A DNA stretch of 64,000 nt from Convolutriloba macropyga (taxonomy: Eukaryota): NCBI RefSeq assembly GCF_964194025.1, contig NC_134471.1, forward strand, positions 53,568,001 to 53,632,000. Direction: 5' to 3'. The position numbers and the translations under genes are program-made. Of the stretch, positions 50,313 to 61,494 are shown one piece after another. The notes beneath the pieces are model-generated. The model saw only the letters and a program-made list of their open reading frames with translations. It had not been told where the DNA came from and made no database searches. Numbering within the stretch: the stretch's first letter is position 1; the number at the start of each line of letters is the position of its first letter.

Positions 50313-53300
50313 ATGGCCTCGTGGGCAGAGAAAACAGAAGTAAGTCAAAGCAGGACAGGGTCAGTTGCCTCCACTAATCGTGGTCGCAACTCAGCTGCTG
50401 TTGTGTTGGAGGAGAACCCAGCTGGGGCAGAACTGGACTTTGGAGACACGACTGCTGTCAAGGTTTGAACAAAATAGATCAGGAAATCTAAAAAAATCAC
50501 GAATCATTCTGGAAATCCAAGTACTCGAGAAAACGCGACTCAGTTGGTTCTATGCATTCAACCACGTTTTAAACCATGTTCCTGTCGAATCAACTGTAAC
50601 AAGACTAACCATAACTTAACATATAATTAGTAATAATAATTCTCATCATTGTTTATTGTCACTGCCCGAAATGCGGGCCTTTAAAGCCATTGGACTGATA
50701 GATCTACTGTAGATAGCAACTGAACTGATAGATCGGTCAGTGTATTTTTCAGCACGGAGGAAGTGCCTCAAGCAATAAGAGTTCAGCTCAACCGCAACCA
50801 GATGACGCCAATCAGGAAGAAAGAAGCGTCTCAAAGGTCTGCTTTCGACGCTTCGAGTTTCCAAATTAGTCAAGGAATAGATTTTAAAATCATTAGCTGG
50901 CAACGGCGTGATATATTTAAAATCAATTCTAAGGTCAGACCGAAAATAGTATTAGTAAGCAGCTGCTAATTTCATCGCTCAGCGCTAACCGTTAAGAATA
51001 TAAGAGGTAAACCATTTCGCACAAGGGTAAAAAGCCATAAAACAGTAAATATTTGATTTCGCGCATATTTTGGATGAACAATCGATTAACATAGAGCTAA
51101 AAACAAGGAGGCTCGGTAATGTGCGTTCGCACATCAAGTTCCGACCCCGCGCATCCACATTTTTGGCAAAAATGTCTACCAGATAAATACCCCAAAAATT
51201 CGAGTATTTAAAAAAAATGTGCGTGAACAAAGATCGCCTCACATGCAAACAACTCAGTGGAGCAAGAATGCCGCATTACATTGACGAGATCAGCCATTAT
51301 TAAGAAAGCAAGTCAAGACGAACAACAAAATGAAACAACAATAACAACAAACATTAATTTCATACAAAAATTTATAACCATTTAAAAAAAACTTGCTAAC
51401 AAGCTCAAAATAGCGTTGGATAAAACTGAAACTAAACAGAATAACTTTTACTTCACTAGAAAAGATATGGGACCACTCTATAAAAAGGCTCGGTAACATT
51501 TAGACAAAAAAGAACAAAAAAAAAAACAGCAAACATAAAAAAAAATTTGCTTATATTTCTAAAAAATAATTAGTTTCTATGTAAGGAAAACCATTAGATG
51601 GCGATTGAAGACATCCAAAATGTTTATGGTCACATACGCTTTTATAGAAGACCTGTCATTAAAGATTTTCTCGGTTACAAAAAGAACACATAGAGGCAAC
51701 AAAAATTCAAAAGAAACTTGCAAGAAAACGATGTCGAAGACATATTTGCCACTCAAAATACGTTCAATTGAGCCAAAATGTGGCATAGCGAGGTCTCATT
51801 AGTGAGAATAAGTAACAAGTAGACCTAAAAAAAAAGAAAGGGCAAAATTAATGAACACTCTTTTGTTTTTTTTCGAAAACAATTATTTTCAAAATCATGA
51901 AAGCCATTAGCTACAAAAAAGAATAATTGAATATGTTCGTCTATTCATCCAAGGGAAGCGCTTGAGACGTTTAATTTTTCAGAATATGTCTTACGTTAAC
52001 AAAAAGAACGTTAAATATAGACAAAAATCAAAAATTAGTTTACTTTTTATGCGAAAAAGCCGTCGAAGCCAGTAAATTCAAAAGGAATTCATTAAAAAAC
52101 ATTACATTTTGCACACTTGCACCTACCCTCGACAACAATAATGTAATATTAGACCTGTAATTAACAAGACTAGGTATCACAGACAAAAAAGAACAAAAAA
52201 ACAGGAAAGATAAAAAATAATTGGCTTATATATTTTAAAAACAATTAATTCAAGGGAAAGACATTTGATGGCAATTGAAAACGTCCATTATGTTTATGAT
52301 TAAATACGCCTCCATAGGAGGGCCATAAGACCTGTTATCAATGATTTTTTTGGTTATAAAAAGAACAACAAATAGAGATCACAAAAAAAATTCAATAAAA
52401 ACTTGAGAGAAAACGCAGTCGAAGCCGTAAAGTCATTTTTGGCCCCTCAAAATATGTCCAATTGAGCGAATATCAAAAATTTCCTCGAATGCCAAGAATG
52501 TGTTATAGGCCTTCTCATTAATGAGAAGTGGTAAAAAGTAGATCAAAAAGAAGAAAAAAAGCAAATTTTTTTGACATTTTTTTTCCAAAACAATTATTTT
52601 CAAAGTCATGAAAGCCATTAGATACAAAATAAAAAAATAAATAGGTTCGTCTATTCGTCCCAAAAGAAGCGCTTGAGACCTGTAAGAATATGTCTTACTC
52701 TACAAAAAGAACGTTAAATATCGACAGAAATGAAAAATTAGTTTACTTTTTTTGCGGAAAACCCGTGTCGAAGCCAGTAAATTCATAACGAATTCTTTGA
52801 AAAAGATTAGATTATGTAACTTGCACCTTCCCGCGACATCAATAAGGTTATTTGTGACCTGTAATTAACAAGACTAGGCAACAAATAGACAAAAAAGCGA
52901 AGTTAAACAACGTTAAAAAGAGTTTTTTTTGAAAACAATTGTTTTCAAAGTCATGAAAGTCATCAGCTATCTACTCAAGTCAAAATATAGGCTCATTTAT
53001 TCTTTCATAAAATGCCAATGAGAACTGTCATTATCCAGATAATTTCATACGACTTTAAAGACAAAGTAAAAACGACAGTTAAAGACAAATGTAAAAAAAA
53101 TCAAATTCTTCGAGAAAGGGATGTCGAAGCCGTTACGATAGGGATGTCGAACAATAATCTATGCCTTTCAAGACTTTTATAAGCTCAATTGTGCCTTATT
53201 GTGAGCGCCAATAATGTAATTTGTGAACTGTCAATAATGTGATAATGTCACAAAACGAGAAAAAAAACGTGAAAAAGGAGCCGATGCCTAAAAACCAAAA

Positions 53301-56300
53301 AAAATGTGAAATCCTGTGGTATCAAAGCCAAAAAACCATAACTTAGCGCGTAAAACCGCAAAAAAATGAATTTTAATTCAATAGAAAGAAGACGAAGAAG
53401 CGTTTGTTCTTTGCTGACACTAAGCTGAAAGTTGACCAAATTAAGAGAAAAACAGTGGCAAATTTCAATAAGCCATTGTTTAATTAAAACCAAACATTTT
53501 TAAAAGTCAAAACAACCATAATCTTTAGAGTAAAGAAAACAGATACATTAAACTGGAATTCTTTGGGAAGCCATTTGGACCTATCAACGTAAGCTGTGAT
53601 GTGAATTGTTCTGTTCTTTGATTAACATAAAAATCTCGATTTTATTTTTTTTTAAAAAGACTGATTACAATCCGAACTATTTCATCAATTGTAACAGTCC
53701 AAGATTGGACCAATACCAGCCCCGCTATTGCTGATTGTCCATTTAGAACACTTGTTTCTAATGTTTCAATTGTTTCGAAAACTTAAGATCTATATAATTG
53801 TTAGTTAAAAGATTAAAAATAAATAATGCGTTTTTGATAATCATAGAGTAAAGTTAGCAAAAACGGCAAAATTTTGATTCTGGACTACTCTCAATGGAAG
53901 TGGAAGTAAAACAAGCTCCCTTTGTAGTTTACAAAGATTGTGTTTGTTGTTTCTGTTGCGTGCACTTCCGGCAAATTTAATCAAAATGGACCAAAGAAGC
54001 TTATTCCAGGCAATTTTTAATGAAAAAGGCTGAATTTTGAAATATTTAGCCAATTTTAGCCAGAAAAACTAAATCAAAATTGTCAACAATACTTTTTTTG
54101 TCTCTAAAACTCAAATCAACAGTACCATTGTTAACAATTTTAACTATTTTAGCAAAATTGACAATTTTAGGCGAAATTCCGGAAAATGTGAATAAAAACA
54201 AGGGAAATTCGTCTATTATTCACAACACTTCAAACCTCGATAACTCTCTGTAGAATAAAAGAAATTAAAAGAACTCTTTTTATCTTCATATTCTGCGCTG
54301 GCGGGGCTTTTTAATGATACTACTCACAACTCTGTACGATTAATATATCGATCGGTCAAAATTGTCTGAACAAAAAAACCCATTTGAGAATATAGTTCCT
54401 TCCCCCTCAAGAGGGGTCGGAACAATTATAACATCTAATTTAAAAACTCAAGGCGTAAGTTTTATTCAAATTTAGGTAGAAAACATAGCTCGGCAGCGAC
54501 AGTCAGCACAGAGCAAGAAGTCTGCAAAGTCGCAAGATCCGAACGGATTCGGGTTTGACGAGGATGACGACGGAGATCCGGATGACGAGGTGCAGTTTGC
54601 TGAGAATAAAGGGGGTGCTGATATGGAGGAACAGAGCATCGAAAGGCCAGAAAGTGGACGTAGCCGGGTATCATTCGCAGCCATAGTTCTGCAAGCCAGA
54701 CCAAGATTGGGGAAAAGCAAGGAAGACGAGGTACTTGCTATCAAACACTTTCACAAAATAAGAACTTCACTGTTTCTGAATTAGTGGTTCAGGTCAATAT
54801 TCAACACTGCTGCCATAATTGATGATTCTGCGAAGTAGATTAACTGTTATAAAGACCATTTTAAAAAAATAAAAAGTTGAATATAGAATATTTTTTAAAA
54901 ATCTAAAAAATCGGACAAAGAAATTGATGTTGCTTACATGAAATCTAGCATTGAGAAAGGAGCGTTTCGATTTAGATTGATCAGTCAATTGTGGATGAAC
55001 CTGTTGTGATGGAAAAGAAGGAGAAAAAACCAAGCAAAGCTGTCAAGCTCTGCAAAACAATATTTAAGTGGTAAGCTTTTACTTGCGGCCCATTAGCTGC
55101 TTCAGGTGCTGTATTCCCGAGAAAATATATGGTTCCCAAAATTTTAGAGTGCCTTAACATCTACCCTATGATTTTATGGAGTTGATGGAGCCGCGTTTAC
55201 TATACCGACCTCTATAGTTATTTTTATAAGAATGCTAATTCTATAATTGAGTTCACTTCCACTTCGGAATAATTTTGACATCATAGAAGCTGGTCCGGAT
55301 AAGATTTCATGCTGGAACGAATTTAGTTAAAGAATTGCAAACTCAACTTTCGTAGGAGAAAATTGATTATTTCATCCTTACATGATGCACTCTGTTACAC
55401 CAATGACATAGAAGACAACCTATTAGAACATTTTTCAGGTTTCGTCTGCTGCTGCAACTGGTGATTGTATCGGGGGTGGTTGTGCTGTGCATAATAAGCG
55501 CAGTCCTTTCATTCATGAAATTCATTGAGACTTCAGGACAGCCGGCCTCTATCTACAAGCCACAGAAAATGACAGGACCACACGAGGCACCAGGTAAAGG
55601 GATTTGGGTATATGTTACCAACAGTGGACCGTTTTTTCACCCCCATTAATTTAATACCAAATGAATAACCTTTGCATCAATTAACGCCGCCATGTTTCAA
55701 CAAAAAGATTATAACTACTTCTTTATCATGACCCTTCATGTAAATATTAAATATTGTTTTCTGCTGAGCAAAGCCTTTCAGATGCTACACATATCTGTAT
55801 CCGAAATTTTATTGTCAAACAGATTTTAAAGTTGAACTCGTTAGAACTGTCAAGTATGGATATTTTTCTCTCGTGTCTATAGAACACATAAAAAGAGGCA
55901 ATAGTTGAATTATCGAATTCTCTGGAAAGTTCTCTATAATCTAAACAACGCAAACGGATTTAAAATCGTCGGTCACTGTTTAGTAAGTGAGTAAGAGCTC
56001 AGTTTAGCCTCCTTATTCTGATGTAACTTGCAAAAGTTATTCATTCAACTAGGAAAACTTAAATATCTACAAATGAAATCCAAAGTCAAAAATTGGAATC
56101 TAAATTGCTCTAGGCTTGATTTTGTTATGAGGAAAGGGGATCGAATTTTCCAATCTAATTGCAATTTTGTTCGTAGGATTTTGTTAATGCTCTGACATTT
56201 TTGTATTCGAGACAGTTTACCAGAGACTTATAAGAGCCTTTGCTGTGTGACTAATGATAGTTGAAAAGTTAAAACTCCAGGTTTGCTAATTCTCAGGCTC

Positions 56301-59300
56301 TGCTAATTCTCATTAACAGGTCCTTCAATGAATGATGCGTTTAGGTCGTTCAATGAATGATGCGTTTCATGGACTCGAGTTGTGCTGATTGATGGAATGA
56401 TCTTTTTGATAACTTTTCCCTAAACCTCAAATGGGCTCAATAAGCACGGAATACAAAAACCCTTCATGTAGATATCGTACTCTGCAGAGCAAAGACTTTC
56501 AGATGATATATCACTCATATCTGTAACCGATAAATTTTTTTAGCAACGATTTTAAAGTTGAACTCGTTATAACCGTCAAGTATAGATATTTTTCTCACGT
56601 GTCAACAGAACACAGAAAAAAGGCACAATAGACGAATCCAATGCAATTATGGAATCGCGTTTTCTGGAAAGTTTCCATAATCTAAATAACGCAAACTGAT
56701 TTAAAATCTTCGTCACTGTTTAATAAGTCAGTAAGCGCTCTGCTAAGCCTCCTTTTTCTGATGGGACTTGGAAAAGTTATCCTTTCAACTAGGAAAACTT
56801 AAATATCTACAAATGGAATCCAAAGTCAAAAATTGGGTTCTAAATTTCCCCAGAACAATCAATATTGTTGACCAAGTACGACGGTTGGATCGGTATGGCA
56901 TATCTTAGTTGGTGCAAGGGAAACTGTTTCCACTGCTTAAGGCTCTTCTGACTCCAAAACATGTTTGGATTGACTTTGTTTAATTTAGGTCTTATTTTCG
57001 TGGGTGTTGACTTGGAACTGGAGTCATGCGAAATGTTCAACTTCACTTCCCTGGACATAAACAGCCTGGAAAAGAATGAGACATGTGACCCTGTGTCAAT
57101 AGTGCTCCAGCCTTCCGACCCCCTCACTGGAGAGGTAAACACAATATAACTGAGAGTAGTCTCAATTTTCAGGTTGCGATATTATAAAGTGACGCAACAA
57201 CATAAAATGATGCCACATAATTAAGTAATGCCACAACATACGCAAGTTATGTCACGGCAGAAGGAAGTCCCGTCAAAATATTAGTGAGTAACGTAATATG
57301 TACATTTAAATCCTCTTTATAACTTTATGACATCTGTAAAGATAACATGAGGTGATAATTCTCCTGATTTGCTATGATCAACAGGTGGCCTCGGCGCTTC
57401 CTGCCTTCCTGACTGGAGCGAAGCAGAGGGGAGATACAATCCAGATGCATTTGGTGAGAGGACCCTCTCTGTGGATGTACAAGCAAGCCACCACAGTCCA
57501 CTTGACTATTCCAAAGACCGACACTGGCACGTGGGGAATATTACACCACAAGTACACAGATGCACAGGCGGAGTTAGTTTCAGTCAGCAAATCTCAATCC
57601 TAAGACAGTATTGTAAATGGCAAATAGGTTTGACAGCATCACTTTTTCCAATACTAATTAATCAAGTTGGAATAGGTTAAACTGTATCACTTGTATAGCT
57701 CCTAAAAAACCCCCGAAGTCTGAACAAGCAAAAAATTGACAAATTAAAATGCAAGAAATTGCCGATGAATATTTTTAAAACGTACATAACAATGTCGGAC
57801 TCCATACATATTCAGTATGTCAGACTGTATAAGCACTACTTGCAAATATGCAGCGATATTGTGAAAATCGTCGGTAGTTTCTCTCCAAAACTGCTCAAAA
57901 GCGTTGAAACAGATAGCTCTACTGGACAGCAGAAGTTCCTAACGTGCGGGTTTATCAATTGCTGGGAAAAGATTAATAACAGCTGGCGCATTTCTTCATT
58001 ATAGTCTTTGTCTCTCCAAATGAACAGGGAGCATGAAATACCTCTCGACTTCTACAAAAACAGAAGGGGAGAAAATTGGAGACAATTCCAGCGCTAGAAT
58101 TGTCTCTCCAATTTTCTCCCCTTCTGTTTTTGCAGAAGCTTAGTTGCGGATTTGAGTTAATAGACTTTAAAAATTATCATGAAATATCGGCTGTTCAGCT
58201 TTGAGACTGCTATTCTGGGCACGGCGAGCGAGAGGTGGAAGTTAGCGGAGGTGCTGATCTTGGGCTTCTCGATGAACTTCGTGGCGACAAACTACCAGAG
58301 TGTGTTCCTGATGAGCAGACAGGACTTTATGGAAATGGGAGTAACTCAGGCTACCAGAACTGATATGGAGGTAAATAGGCACAGCTAGAACCCTTGAAAA
58401 AAACCCTTGAAAGTTCAATGAAAAAGTTTTCAGCAAGATGCAAAAATACTTTCGATTTCGGAGTCTATATTTTAAAATAAAATTTTGAAATATAGAATAC
58501 TTTATTAATAGCCGCCCTCATCTTCTCAGCCGGCTATTATAGCGCTCCTATTTTTTTACAATTCAAAGAATTTGAATTGTATTGGTGCGCTGTTTTTTTT
58601 TAAGATGTGTTCACACATTTTTCAATGACTTTGATCTTTCAAAACGGGATAAACAGGTAAAGCTCAGCGGGCATTAAGTTTCATTAGGGGCCCAATGTGG
58701 GCTTTAGTAGTCCTTCAATGGATTATAGTGGTGCAGCTGCTGGGATGGGCTTAATTTAAGGTTAAAAGGTCAATTTTAGGAGTTTTTGGGCTCAAAATGG
58801 TGCAATTTTTAATGTTTTTTTAGTGATTTTTTTGAGTTTTCTTTTTGATTAGTCTTAGGTTGAAGTTTTTAAAAGTTGATGAAGGCCTTTTGCGAGACAA
58901 AATTGCTTGATATGACCATTTTATGAGCTATATGTTTTGGTACTACGAACACAAACACGCAAAATGATACTAATTTTTGCTATTTGAAAATTTTTGACAA
59001 TTTTTTTAAAGCTTTTTAGCCCTAGGTGTCAAGAAACTTCCTCTAGGGTTTGATAAAGGGTTTGATGATAGATTACTGCATAGTTTCTAGTGGTAATGGA
59101 ATGGTTTTCAACTTTTTACCATCATGAATTTTAGCATTTTTTGACAAAACTTGGCAATTTTTCTCATACTTTTTTGACATTTATTGTCATTATTCAAGTT
59201 TTTTGAGTCTCAGGGGCCAGGAAACCTCACCAGGGGTTGGATAATAAGTTTCTGAAAAACTTTTATTTGCCATGGAGTAGGTTTCAACTTTTGAATATCA

Positions 59301-61153
59301 GAAATTTTAGCAATTTTTTTTGACAAAATTCGCATTTTTTTCAGGTTTTTAAAAATGTTCGGCATTTTTTCAGTTCTTCCAGCTTCAGGGACCAGGAAAT
59401 CTTCTTTGAGTTTGTTAATTGGGAACTGCATGGTTTCTGGTAACAAAAGAATGGTTTTTAACGTTTTAATGTCTCGAATTGTAGCATTTTTTTGATAAAA
59501 TCCGCAATTTTTTTAAGGTTTCCTAAAATTTTTGTCAGCTTTTGATATTCGTCCATTCTCATGTGCGAGAAAACATATTCCACGTTCTGACAAAAAGTTA
59601 CTGCATGGTTTATAGTTTCAATGGATTTGTTTTCAACAATTTAACCTTTCGACTTTTAGAAGTTTTTTTTATGAAATTTGCCATTTTTTTCAGGTTTTTC
59701 AAAACATTTGTTTTATTTCTCAGTAGCCTGGTAACCTCATCCAGGGTTTGATAGTATGTTATTAAATAGTTGCTAGGGGGCAATTGAATGGCTTTCAACA
59801 TTTTATTTGAACAAATTTCTATTTTTTAATTTTGAAATTTTTTCTAAAAATTATTGCATATCGATCTATGAGCCAATGAGTTTTTTAAAGCTTGGAATTG
59901 GGCTACTGGATAGCCTCTACAGACACATAAATGATTCTGAAGATATTTATATCACGATTTTCAGCAAGATTTCCTTATAATTTGCAATTGATTTCTTTTT
60001 TCTCTTAAATTATTTGGTCATTTTCGAATTAATCGATCTTCAAGGGCCAATAAATATTTTTCAAGTCTTGCAGATATAATACTGGACCGATTTCAGAAAC
60101 AAAAAATTGTTTTGAACATATTTTTGAAATAGGTGTTTTTAAAGGCAAAAAATTTTGGCTTAGGTTTAAAAGCTTCAAAAGTTTTACCAATGAGTGTATT
60201 TTCGTTTAGTTTTGATTCTTTTAGTTTCTCAATTTTTTGGTATTTTTGTTTATGTTCTGGCTGGCATTGTTCAATTGACCTGCTGGTCAGGTAGAGTACG
60301 TCTGAGTTTTTCATTCAATTCTTTGAATTGTATTTCAGGACTTGTCCTGCTATGTTTTTTTACTTCGTCGAATAAAAAAATGTTTCTCTTTACCTCATTT
60401 TGCCGCTTTTTCAACATTTTGCGTGATTTTGAACATCAGTTGCTCAGCAAAGCAATTCAAAATGAACAGAGTCAGTATAAAAAATTGAAGTCAGAAGTAG
60501 AAACGGGATAAACCCATAAAGCCCAATTTTAGATGCCCGCTATTTGAACGTCGTTCCTATAAGTCTTAGTTACCATCTCTAATGTTTATTGGTATTGATA
60601 GTAGCCCCTGTAGCCTCTCTCTAAGAAACAGAAGTACGTTATGTTCAACTACGAAATGCCATCAAAATAAATCGGACTTAAAAAATGTTTTTGTACAAAA
60701 ATCTTTTTTTTTCAATATCTTCTATTCTTTCAATCCCAATCATGCTTATTGGAATCAACGGCGGCTATTTTCCGGCAATCTGCCGGGTATGTTATTCTCT
60801 ATTTTATATATGAGAGCGGAAGTGAACAGTCACAATTGATTCACATGTTTTAACATGAAAAAAGTAAATATTGATGATTAATCGTACTTTTGTATTCATG
60901 TGAATATTTAACCTACCTAGATTTGAATTTAAGGTTTGATTTTTCCGCCTCAAAAAATATGGACAATAATTATATAGACTGTGGGTAGTGTAGGCATAAT
61001 CTATCATGAGATATTGTAATATTAGATATCGCTGCTGGGCATGGACGAGGATGCTCTGAATGACAATATAGGACAGTTTGCGATTAATGCCACCAGGGCA
61101 CACATGCAGGCACTGTTCCAATGGAAGGATGGATACTACATGGAGGGAGACAC
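50313..61153 (+). CDS. PACC1: Proton-activated chloride channel (PAC/TMEM206)-like, 3' partial (TM2 exon beyond window)
   Basis: Phase-consistent exons 50313-50339, 54476-54730, 54976-55070, 55439-55593, 56989-57134, 57385-57572, 58199-58370, 61026-61153. TM1 is followed by EAPGLIFVGVDLELESC (human DAPGIALYPGQAQLLSC), NETC..PSDPLT (DMNC..YTDPFS), HLVRGP (LIVQGP) and ALFQWKDGY (VVFEWKDPF), all in order (human sequence recalled). Confidence 0.8.
51101..54426 (-). mobile_element. DINE-1/HINE-like element, family C, copy 3 (3.3 kb, internal ~350-bp tandem repeats)
   Basis: AAACAAGGAGGCTCGGTAATGTGCG-TT-CGCACATCAAGTTCCGACCCC at 51101; AGTTCCTTCCCCCTCAAGAGGGGTCGGAACAA at 54394-54425. Confidence 0.8.
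55760..56845. repeat. Intronic direct repeat (~350 bp, two diverged copies at ~55760-56105 and ~56480-56845)
   Basis: Shared GAGCAAAG.CTTTCAGATG, GATTTTAAAGTTGAACTCGTTA and TTCAACTAGGAAAACTTAAATATCTACAAATG. Confidence 0.85.
58049..58138. repeat. 90-bp near-perfect palindrome
   Basis: CTTCTACAAAAACAGAAGGGGAGAAAATTGGAGACAATTCCAGC|GCTAGAATTGTCTCTCCAATTTTCTCCCCTTCTGTTTTTGCAGAAG; two mismatches and one 2-nt bulge. Confidence 0.95.
58507..60793 (+). mobile_element. HINE-like element, family B termini, 2.3 kb, with an internal region shared with the family A copy at 24408
   Basis: 5' AATAGCCGCCCTCATCTTCTCAGCCGGCTATT; 3' GCGGCTATT + CCGGCAATCTGCCGG + GTATGTT. Confidence 0.8.
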
Positions 61154-61494
61154 GTATGTTACTTGATTTCAGACAACTCAGGTTAAAAGATAATCTGGCG
61201 CTAAAAGCTGGAGGCAGCCCAACTTACCCTCCCTGAATCGGCCAAGTTTCAGGCTGTTAATCAGCAGCCCTACATAATGAAAAGCTAAAAACTTTTTATG
61301 TTTTTAGAAGTTAAAAATTTTGTAAGATCAAAAACCCGCGCTGAAAAGTCTCTCAGAAAGAAGTTTCTTTTCTTCATAATTTTCTTCATTGAAGCTCATT
61401 GACCGACAAAGAAAAATTAAAAAAACCAAGTTAGTCAAAAAGTGTTGTCAGTTCATTTCTAACTATAGATGATAAAACACACAATGAATTGTTT

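Noticed and set aside
51500-53160. CRISPR-like array of recurring motifs
   Set aside because: Eukaryotic context, ~350-bp period, homologous spacers and no cas genes.
54462-54744. Minus-strand ORFs over the PAC-like exon 2 (similarly 56840, 57378, 60804, 14670)
   Set aside because: Antisense shadows of GC-richer real exons.
15383-60839. Recurrent ORFs MLIGIDS.PCSL.LRNRST (15383, 27284, 60582) as a small gene family
   Set aside because: These are translations of the family B 3' module, with frameshifts between copies.
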